From: Tetramitus jugosus
Lineage: Eukaryota > Protista > Heterolobosea
Reading direction: 5' to 3'
Assembly: GCA_937625935.1 (NCBI GenBank)
Contig: OW569382.1
Coordinates: 382,060-446,059 of the forward strand
Length of the DNA stretch: 64,000 nucleotides
The notes below the pieces were generated by a model, which was not told where the DNA came from, did no database searches, and saw only the letters and a list, made by a program, of their open reading frames with translations. Below are positions 54,653-64,000 of this stretch, piece after piece (within the stretch, counting starts at the first letter, position 1; each line of letters starts with the position of its first letter). The position numbers were made by a program, and so were the translations under genes.

Positions 54653-56056
54653 ATGATATTAATGGATACAATTCAATCTGGATTAAAACGTTTCGGTTCT
54701 CGTATCTCTGCAAAGTCTTCGTCGTCTTCTCTATCATCATCATCAGCAACAGCAACAGCAACAGTAGCACATCAAGTAACAACAAGTACCAGCACAACAA
54801 TAACAACATTAAGCTCTTCAATGGAACCACAACAACAACGAACTGATGAGAATAAGAAGCAAGCGACAAACATGAGAGTCGAGAATCCAAACGTACCACA
54901 CAATCCATCACCATCATCATCATCACCAACAACATTGTCATCGTCATCAACAACAACTATTGACCACAGTGTACTTGACAATCATCAACACCACAGTCAA
55001 ACAAAGGTAGAACAACCATTACCATTGAAGAAACAATCACACATTGCTCCATGTGAAGTAGAAGCATTAGCCAAAAGAAAGAATATTCATACACCATTGA
55101 ATGTAGTGACTGCTACAGCATGTTGTCCAAAGAAGCCAAACAAATCACGTGAAACAAGAGGAAGAAGAGACTGTGGTGAAGATGCAGTTTTTGTCTGCAG
55201 AAACTTTCCATCATCCACTCAACAACAAGATTGCTCTCCAACCACTGCCATCGTTTCTACTACCTCCAATAATGAAGTGAAGGGTCCATCCAAGAAGTCG
55301 TCAAGTACAGTTACAACTATGACTGGTGATATGGATCGTGTCTGCTGTATTGGAGTGGCAGATGGTGTGGGAAGCTATGTACTCCGAGGAATTGATCCCA
55401 GTGTGTTTGCATGGGCAATTATGGAAGGAGCAAAACAAGTGTTTGAGACGGAACGCAGTGTGTCTTGCCTTCAAGCACTCACAAAGAGCTATGATAAGAT
55501 TTGCAAAGAAGGTTTGGTGCAAGCCGGTGGTTCAACTGCATGTGTCGTTTCGATGCATCACGGAACGCACTCTGAAACAGGCATGCCTGTTCTAAAGCTC
55601 ACGGCTGCCACTCTCGGAGACAGTTGTTTCCTGGTGATTCGAAACGGAAAAATCATTTATCGTTCAGAGGAGCAACTTCACGGTTACAACTGTCCCTACC
55701 AATTGTCTGTTCCTCGGGATGAGAGCAATCCAAAGCAAGACGATCCATCAAAGTCCATTGTTTTGGATGAACCACTTGATCTGATGAGAGATGACATTGT
55801 CATTGTTTCAACAGATGGATTAACTGACAATGTTTTTGATGAGGAGGTGGCACGAATTTTATCACAAATCAAGGAATCTTCCACCAAGGAGACTGCAGCA
55901 AAAATGGCTAGTGAACTCTTGAAGACTGCCTATGTAAACTCGAGATCCAAGGATTCGTACACTCCATTTACCAAGTATGCCATGGAACATAATCAAAAGT
56001 ACATTCCGCACGGAAAGGTGGATGATATCACGTTTGTGGTGGCCTTAGTGTCCTAG
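54653..56056 (+). CDS. PP2C-family phosphatase, PTC7-like
   Basis: GEDA, GVADGVG, GGSTA, LGDS, NCPYQL, TDGLTDN and GKVDDIT motifs. Confidence 0.92.
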   Translation: MILMDTIQSGLKRFGSRISAKSSSSSLSSSSATATATVAHQVTTSTSTTITTLSSSMEPQQQRTDENKKQATNMRVENPNVPHNPSPSSSSPTTLSSSSTTTIDHSVLDNHQHHSQTKVEQPLPLKKQSHIAPCEVEALAKRKNIHTPLNVVTATACCPKKPNKSRETRGRRDCGEDAVFVCRNFPSSTQQQDCSPTTAIVSTTSNNEVKGPSKKSSSTVTTMTGDMDRVCCIGVADGVGSYVLRGIDPSVFAWAIMEGAKQVFETERSVSCLQALTKSYDKICKEGLVQAGGSTACVVSMHHGTHSETGMPVLKLTAATLGDSCFLVIRNGKIIYRSEEQLHGYNCPYQLSVPRDESNPKQDDPSKSIVLDEPLDLMRDDIVIVSTDGLTDNVFDEEVARILSQIKESSTKETAAKMASELLKTAYVNSRSKDSYTPFTKYAMEHNQKYIPHGKVDDITFVVALVS

Positions 56057-57163
56057 AGACAAGTTTGAATTTATATATATCTGTTGCTTGTATGGATTTG
56101 TAGTGATTGCGAATAACCATATGAATAATCTATTGTGTCGTGTAGAAAACACATGAATGAACAAGAGTGAGGTGTATTGAATGGCACGTATATGGTCGGG
56201 TCATACGTTATGTCATCTTTCAACAAGCAATAAAAGAACCAATATTATTAGGTTTCCATCGGTAATGTCGAGTGCCTTCAGCTCTATATCGCTGAGACAC
56301 TCACGCAATAACACAATTAAAGAACAAGGGCATTAGACTGGCCTGGTTCTATTGCTACTCGCTCTGACAATTTAGCAATAATATCGCGTAACTGTAGAAT
56401 CTCTGCATCCTCTTCACTTTCTTCATCTTGTTCACTTTCCTCACCTCCATTATCGTTCTTCTCTCTGGTACTATTAGGTTGTACTGAGATGTATTCTCTC
56501 TCCTTATGTTGAAGCTCTTCACGCACTTTTCTCAAGAAGTTTCATTGTCGAAAAACTCCTTCAATTCTTGCTCTTTAACACCCCAGCCTGGATAATCCTT
56601 GGCAATTTCACTTGGTAAGGTTGTTTGATGTTTTCAATCAAATGCAACCGCGTTGGAAATGTTGAAGACTTGTTTTGCTTGGATGCTGGGAAAATCTCGC
56701 AGTGTAGACCATCCATTTGTACAAGAAGGTCGTGCACCATTGTTTGTGTTGTCGGAGTATACACTTAAGTCGTGGCAGTTGGAAGGATTACAAACGCAAA
56801 AGTGTTGAAAAACACCCAAACCACGAAGAACCCACATAAACCTCAGCCATCACGACTGATCATAGTATGAATATTCTCTCTTTTAGCGAATGTTTCTACC
56901 GGATTCTTCTATCTCTTAGTTGAATCAAAGAAGGACCGCAGACGAGACAGGGGAATATTGAAGTAACAACAAGGTTTGAGGATCACGGGATTCAAACGCC
57001 CACGGGAAAGACAATGAACCTACTTCGGAGAATGGCTGGACTGAAGAACAAAGAGAACAAAATGGTTTAAGTTCATTCAGTAGGAGAATACAACAATTCA
57101 GAACTTCTCAATTCCTTGCATAATTATGATGAGTAATTTCAGTAACTTTCCATCTCTGGTCTT

Positions 57164-57800
57164 CTAAGTTGGTGGCGTAGTCCAAAAAATTCCACTCTTA
57201 TTATCAACGGCAATGACAAACTTTGTGCTTTGACTCTCAAGAGTGGATACAACATTCCATTTTTGATTCATATTGCTTTCATCCCATTTTTCTAGGATAA
57301 TTCCTCTTGGGGCGAGTGCTAGCACACAACCAGAATATTTCACACCCTCAACAACACCATTTGAGTGTATTTTCCATTCGTGACTTGCTCCTCCATCTGA
57401 TATCACAAACAAATCTACACGCATCATCTAATACAGTCAAGACTAATCCCGATGATTCATGGATCAGATGAAACTTCTGTTTACTTGAAGTAGGGACCAT
57501 TAGAGCCTGGACAACAGTTGAACTTGGTTGATTAGTTTGTTCGCGAAATATCGTCGATAAAAATTTGTTGTCCTTGCCATTCAATCTTCTAACATAGTCT
57601 TGTTGGACCAGATCAACCATTTTTTGAGCCTGGAAGAAGTGTTCGGTGGTTGGCCATTCAGAACCATTCAATTTGATGGGTCTCTCATAGAAGTTTGTAA
57701 ATTCATAACAACATTCATGAGAATTGTAGAAGTGGATCAGTAGGACTGTCTTGGTGAAACACTCTTGGATTTCAGAAAGTATAGCATGGAGAGGCTTATT
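57164..57800 (-). pseudogene. Decayed NADAR (YbiA-like) fragment followed by a ricin-B-lectin-like domain
   Basis: FYNSHECCYEFTNFYERPIKLNGSEWPTTEHFFQAQK (NADAR N-terminus), then SGLVLTV, SGCVLAL and NQKW (QxW) in a shifted frame. Confidence 0.65.
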
Positions 57801-58040
57801 GGCTCCATTGACCAGGCGGACTTATCGATGATACTCTCGTCTACATTGGCAGTCACACAATAAAATGCGTCCAGAGGTGAGAGTTTGACATAGAGATCCT
57901 CAGTACTTGGTGATATGTACCTGAACTCGCTGGCGATGATAGTAGATGAAAAGTTATTGGTAGAGTTGTTTGGCTGAATTCATGATAGACAATCACTGTT
58001 TGGTCGGCGGCAAGTCAAAGTTTGAAAATGAAGGAAAATA

Positions 58041-58457
58041 TCTGTAGTCGGCATCCCAAAATACACATCGGCATCCCGAAAATTTTTTTGATAATCCCAA
58101 AACTATTGATCAATCAATACAATCAACAAACCATGAAACTTCCCACGTCGAAAAACCTTGGAGGAGAACCGCTTGACATGAAAGAAGCTTCTATTGCGCC
58201 CAAGAAGCTTGAAACGGTCCAGAAGTTTGTGAACAATGGCTGGATGGCTGTAACTTCCGCCAATGTGATTCAAAGAGTGACAACTGACTTTGACACCACC
58301 ATCAATTCCAGAACCGTGAGGAGATCCGACCAACACTTCCGGAGAGCAACACCACCGTTTCTGAATAAAAGGCGTTTTATTCGTGTCAAAACATTGTTTT
58401 TTGAATTGATGAGTTGTAGGATGCCGATAATCCGTCCGGTGGGATGCCGACTACAGA
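58041..58457 (+). mobile_element. Internally deleted Tc1/mariner-like element (MITE-sized)
   Basis: Perfect 18-bp TIR TCTGTAGTCGGCATCCCA with an inner repeat ATCGGCATCC; TA on both flanks; internal peptide INSRTVRR resembles the Tc1 HTH. Confidence 0.8.
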
Positions 58458-58562
58458 TATTGCATCACGTGTATAGGTTCATTAAAAGTGTTGAACTTCA
58501 ATGAATTTTGTTGATAGTTCAACGAATTCTTGTAGGCTTCGCAGGTAACATCTTCTAAAAAA

Positions 58563-59297
58563 ATGCAATTCACACGAGTACTACATAAGAGCGACCCAGT
58601 AGTGTACAAAGGATTCTTAGAACAAAACGTTCACAATGATATACTGTCATCATTCTGTAAGCACGGTTATGACTATGCTGCTATCAGTAGTGAAACACGA
58701 GTGCCAGTGTTTCTACTTGAGTATCACATCGTACACATTTTGACATGCTTGCATATCAGTGGTTTTGAGTTACCTTACAAAGCATATCCTGTTCCGTTTA
58801 ATATCAAAGAGGGCGAGCACTATGACGCCATGGTTGCATTGTTAAATGAAGTTAAGGAGCAAGCATCCAACAAGAAGAACAAGTTACATCACAAACAATT
58901 CATGGTATTACCAAAGAGGTATCGTGTGGATTCAGTTTTGTATACTAAGCGAGATGAGTTTCAGAAGCTTGATAACAGGCAGTTGAAATTTGTAATGAAA
59001 CTCGTACAGATTGGTGTTTGTTCTTTGAAAGAATTTTCACTTGATATTCTGGCTAGCACTTATAATTACAGAGCTGACACTGCTACTACTAAGTTTAAAA
59101 AAAACAATTTGTCCCAATTATTATATATACAAGGTGAGGCACCATATAAAGGCATAAGCATATCTCGAGATATGTCTGAGACAAAGAAGAATATGCCTAG
59201 TACAAAAGCATTGACCTGTATATGCCTAGGACAAAGGAATATACTAATGGATATTCCTCAGACAAAAGCATATTTGAACATAGAACCGAAAATTTAA
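58563..59297 (+). CDS. Hypothetical protein, possibly TE-associated
   Basis: 244-aa ATG ORF convergent with the MULE transposase; no recognisable motif. Confidence 0.4.
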   Translation: MQFTRVLHKSDPVVYKGFLEQNVHNDILSSFCKHGYDYAAISSETRVPVFLLEYHIVHILTCLHISGFELPYKAYPVPFNIKEGEHYDAMVALLNEVKEQASNKKNKLHHKQFMVLPKRYRVDSVLYTKRDEFQKLDNRQLKFVMKLVQIGVCSLKEFSLDILASTYNYRADTATTKFKKNNLSQLLYIQGEAPYKGISISRDMSETKKNMPSTKALTCICLGQRNILMDIPQTKAYLNIEPKI

Positions 59298-59337
59298 AAT
59301 CTGAGCTTGTTGTATTATTAGAAATAGTTGAATCAGA

Positions 59338-61823
59338 TCAAGGAAGAGATCTTCTACTTCCACCATAGCTCTGACCATTCTGAGCGTCATTGGCGATTGC
59401 ACTGAACATTCTAGAGTGTGATGGCTTCTTCTTCTTCTGTGGTGGCTCAGAGCTTGCAGCTGCACCAGATGCACTGGTAGGTGTTAATCTTCTCTTGCGC
59501 TTGTTAACCTTGCGACTGATGACAGGTGTAGATGGATTGTCAATCTCCTTCTCCATCTTCTTCAGTCCACCACGAGCTTGCAAATTCTGTGCTGCAGAGT
59601 GCTTGCAAGCAACTGCAATAGGACATTGACACTTTGATGTTAGGATCAGACCAGTATTACTAACACTGGTTTCCACAGTGTATTCATTGTTGTTGGATCC
59701 TTTGCAACTTCCAGAGATTAGAATTCCATCCTTTGTGGTACTTGCCTTCAACACCACAATGTATCCACTCGTTTGATATGAATGTCCTCTGTTCACCATT
59801 TCTGTACCATAGAACAAATTAACTTGAGCCAGAGATGTTACCAACTTCTCCAATACAGACTCAGTGGGATCAAGCTCATTCGTCTGAATACTACTCTCTT
59901 CAATATCAGACTCGTCAGATGGCATATAATCTGAGTCACTATCGCATTCAACACCTCTCTGTGAAAGTACTTTGGTTCTCATCTGACTGTTCTTGATCAG
60001 TTGTTCAAGATGAGGGATGACATCTGTATTCGCTTGTCCAGTTGCAGCTGGTAGACCTCTCTTTGCAGTATCTCCATATGGTCTCTCGTCAAATGGACTT
60101 CGAATAGAAGTAAAATCCTCTGGCTCTCCCCTTCTAGCTGCGTTTCTTATTTCTAGCCAGTTCTGATGTGTCTCTGTATGTCGTCTCCAATCCTTGATCC
60201 TTTGCCAAGACTCAACATACTGTGAGAACCATCTCTTTGATGTTGTGTTCCAGCTCTGTTGGAAAGTATCCCTGGTACACTCCAACATTGTTGTGAAGAA
60301 TCTCTTGGATGTTGGTATTTGATCTCTTGCCATTTCTCTTCAATACCACTGCATTGAACAACATCTTCCTAATATTAGGGTTGTTCCACCACTGGACATA
60401 GTTTGTCAGTGACTCATCAATCAGAGTCAATGCCTTCAATATCGGCTCAATACCATTTACATCCTTGACTGTGTTAATCTTGGATATAAACGATCTCACG
60501 TTACGACCCTCTTCATCAGATAGGCCACGACTCTTAATTACTCGAATGTTGCATCTATCAAAGTGAACCAAACAACCAGATAGTTTCTTCTTAATGATCT
60601 TCTGTGCATCATCTCCGTACTGATCAGCAACTGCTTGCAGAAAGGCTAATCGCTGCACTTGGCTGAAATCTGCAAGTACTGCAGTGAGATACACTTCATC
60701 GTCCTCAGATTGCTCATAGTCATCTGATTCCAAATCTTCAATCTTCAATAGTTGGACCACCAGTCAAATACTTCACCATTCTGTCTGATCCAACATCTCT
60801 GTTGAATACATCGAACATCTTGTAAAATGCCCAGTAGTAGTCATCAGAGCCATCTTTGATAGTATGGATCTGCGATAGCTGTGCAGCCATATCGTATGTT
60901 TCCAAGAATGTGGATAGTCCAATGATGTGGTACAACGGTCCCTTGCTTGTCTTGTGCTTGAGATCAATACACCACATGTCAGATGTTAATGCAAGTTGAC
61001 TCTGCTTGGGTGATTGAGTAACCAAAGTCTTTCTGTCGTCGACAATACTCAACTCTCTAGCAAATGGTTGTACCAGAGATGTGATGGCTGTTCCATCAGG
61101 AAGGAAATTGCTCAAGTCTTGCTTCTCCAGAATGGTCATGTACTTCTTCTCGAGTTCATATGCAATCAACATTTGGTTGTTGCCCTTTGTCAGATCAACA
61201 GCTTGTTCAAGTTTCACTTTCTTCTTCAATGCACTGATCCTGTCAATGTTGATGAACAGAGGATTGATGGTGAATGGCAACACTCCAGTGGTTCCACCCT
61301 TCAAAACTTGCTTTGGTGTTTGCTTCATGTTTGATCTAAACTCATCCAATACATGCTTGTTCTCCTGACTAGATGTCTTCCATCGAAGTGGATCATGATG
61401 GCCATGTGACCCACTGGTATAGAAGAAGATATCAGAACTGCTGGAACATTTGCCATGGTACATTCGTGCAGTACAACCAACAGACTGAAGCTTGGATTCG
61501 TGTTGTGGACATGATGGATCCTTCTTCTTGTTGCAAATTGCATAGTTGCAGCCATCTTCTGGACATTGTTTGCATCCATTGCACTTGTAACCAGTAATAC
61601 TCCATGTCTTGTTCCAGATTTGTTTCATTCCATATCCAGACTTTCCAAAACGAGAGTACTGAACAGATTCCAAGAAATGGTTACTGTCATTATCGCAATA
61701 CATGTAACAAGTGTCTCCCTTGGGATACGGTACTGCTTCTGCGACCTTCACTGGTACTACTTTAGCGAGAACTTGGTCGATGTAAAGATTTGAGTTTTGT
61801 TTTGAGCCCTTAGTTCTACCCAT
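59338..61823 (-). pseudogene. Mutator-like (MULE) transposase with N-terminal GCM-like Cys/His domain and C-terminal SWIM finger, two frameshifts
   Basis: CNGCKQC..C..CPQH..CTA..HGHH; WCID (D), GCLVHF (CxxH), NTNIQEILH (E); CQCPIAVACKH (SWIM). Confidence 0.78.
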
Positions 61824-62121
61824 GATGAACGATGTGTTGTGAATTATTTGTTTGCTTTGTTATTTTGCTCTGGTTGTGTGGAGCTTCAATGATGCTCAAT
61901 GTATTCCTTGAACATTCATATTCTTTGGTCGATATGCCTTTGGGCTCAGTGGAAAAGAATATGTCCGGTACAGCGGCATATCTGGAATTATTCCTTGGTC
62001 AGATGAATATCTCCCGTTATGCCTTGGATCAGAAGAATATGCTTGAAACTAGGAATATGCCTATTCCTTTGTATGTAACTCGTTAGCTGGCAGTTTTGAC
62101 GAAAGGAGGTAGAGAAATGAA

Positions 62122-62141
62122 GGGTTGGGTTTGGGTTTGGG
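62122..62141 (+). repeat. Interstitial telomeric repeat
   Basis: GGGTTGGGTTTGGGTTTGGG, same orientation as the terminal array. Confidence 0.7.
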
Positions 62142-62997
62142 TCTGTCTTGTTGTTAAGGAAAACCCGAGAATTTAGCTGTATTTGGTATCAGAGCGTTGA
62201 AATTTACAGTTTAGTGTAAAAACAAAATTTAGTTCGGTTGAGTTGTGGCTTATAGGTTGAGGGAGTAAAAAGAAGACATATAGGACAAGGGTTGAATGGA
62301 TTTTGGAGTCTATTATCAGATCGGAGATATTGAGGTTCAACGAACAGGGAGGTTCACGGTCCAGGACCGTGAAATGATTTCCTGTATTTCATCTCAGGTC
62401 ATTTGTCAGTGGAGCTTTTTGGATCCAGCAAAGAATTTCGACCAATGAGCGAAGTGATTACAACGAATTCAGAAGGAATACAATACAGCAACATGAATAT
62501 AACAGAAGACTTGTGAAGGAGTTCAACCTGAAATACAATGGCAGTCAATAGTTAACTATATTTTGTCTTGATCATGATCTGTGACTACTAATTACGATTT
62601 ATAGATACGCCGCAACCTGATTTTTAAGTAGTTTGATTTGATGTCTTTCTGATCTATCTGTACTAAAGTGCAAGTGCTTCTGTTGAAAAGCAGATTTCGG
62701 TTGCATCGACCTCCAACCAGCATATAAACCCAAATCCCACCCTTTTTTACTTTTTGATTGTATATCTACAGAATAGGTCGTAGGGGACTCTGTAGTCATT
62801 CAATGAATCTTCAATTGAATCTCTGTTGAATCGCGAACTAATTATGTCAAAAGTACATTTAGGGTTGACTTCTCCTCCAACCAGTGTATAAACCCTTACC
62901 CAACCTTTTTTCTTTTTGACTGTTCAGGACTCAGAGCATTTCTACGTCAAAATTATCATATCTGTTCGTTATCTATTGGTTCTGAAGTTATTTACAT

Positions 62998-64000
62998 GGG
63001 TTTGGGTTTGGGTTTGGGTTTGGGTTTGGGTTTGGGTTTGGGTTTGGGTTTGGGTTTGGGTTTGGGTTTGGGTTTGGGTTTGGGTTTGGGTTTGGGTTTG
63101 GGTTTGGGTTTGGGTTTGGGTTTGGGTTTGGGTTTGGGTTTGGGTTTGGGTTTGGGTTTGGGTTTGGGTTTGGGTTTGGGTTTGGGTTTGGGTTTGGGTT
63201 TGGGTTTGGGTTTGGGTTTGGGTTTGGGTTTGGGTTTGGGTTTGGGTTTGGGTTTGGGTTTGGGTTTGGGTTTGGGTTTGGGTTTGGGTTTGGGTTTGGG
63301 TTTGGGTTTGGGTTTGGGTTTGGGTTTGGGTTTGGGTTTGGGTTTGGGTTTGGGTTTGGGTTTGGGTTTGGGTTTGGGTTTGGGTTTGGGTTTGGGTTTG
63401 GGTTTGGGTTTGGGTTTGGGTTTGGGTTTGGGTTTGGGTTTGGGTTTGGGTTTGGGTTTGGGTTTGGGTTTGGGTTTGGGTTTGGGTTTGGGTTTGGGTT
63501 TGGGTTTGGGTTTGGGTTTGGGTTTGGGTTTGGGTTTGGGTTTGGGTTTGGGTTTGGGTTTGGGTTTGGGTTTGGGTTTGGGTTTGGGTTTGGGTTTGGG
63601 TTTGGGTTTGGGTTTGGGTTTGGGTTTGGGTTTGGGTTTGGGTTTGGGTTTGGGTTTGGGTTTGGGTTTGGGTTTGGGTTTGGGTTTGGGTTTGGGTTTG
63701 GGTTTGGGTTTGGGTTTGGGTTTGGGTTTGGGTTTGGGTTTGGGTTTGGGGTTTGGGTTTGGGTTTGGGTTTGGGTTTGGGTTTGGGTTTGGGTGGGGGG
63801 TTGGGGTTTGGGGTTTGGGTTTGGGTTTGGGTTTGGGTTTGGGTTTGGGTTTGGGTTGGGTGGGTTTGGGGTTTGGGTTTGGGTTGGGTTTGGGTTTGGG
63901 TTTGGGTTTGGGGTTTGGGTTTGGGTTGGGGTGTGGGTTGGGGTTTGGGTTGGGTTTGGGTTGGGTTTGGGTTTGGGTTTGGGTTTGGGTTTGGGTTTGG
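62998..64000 (+). repeat. Telomere (TTTGGG)n
   Basis: About 1 kb of TTTGGG with the G-rich strand running toward the end; irregular after ~63750. Confidence 0.97.

Noticed and set aside
56317-56837. Short minus-strand ORFs in the subtelomere
   Set aside because: Probably fragments of a decayed gene, but no family can be assigned.
63750-64000. Variant telomere units (TTGGG, TTTGGGG)
   Set aside because: Confined to the contig end and most likely low-coverage read error.

Overview
This is a gene-dense eukaryotic chromosome end that finishes in about 1 kb of (TTTGGG)n telomere. It uses the standard code and has short GT-AG introns with CTAAC-like branch points. The gene content, such as a periplasmic-binding-domain receptor adenylate cyclase, suggests a free-living protist, probably a heterolobosean amoeba; that assignment is inference only. 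Housekeeping genes include a Ras-like GTPase, TAF5, PGK, GST, an aquaporin, an OTU deubiquitinase, cathepsin C, MSH3 and a PTC7-like phosphatase. The main finding lies at about 25.9-37.7 kb: two tRNA genes (intron-containing Glu-TTC and Ile-AAT) are each preceded by a stack of non-LTR (APE-RT) retrotransposons. All copies are on the minus strand with their 5' ends facing the tRNA. Five have 13-16 bp target-site duplications (TSDs) that map 28-54 bp upstream of the tRNA start. The set comprises one full-length copy, an ORF1-only non-autonomous relative, 5'-truncated copies, and a conserved 3' stem-loop. This looks like a tRNA-gene-targeted LINE system analogous to Dictyostelium TRE5. Also present are an intact piggyBac-like transposon with non-canonical CGG termini and an AAAT TSD, a hAT element whose end has been inverted inside one retroelement, and a subtelomeric zone of decayed elements (Tc1-like deletion derivative, MULE/SWIM transposase, NADAR-lectin pseudogene).
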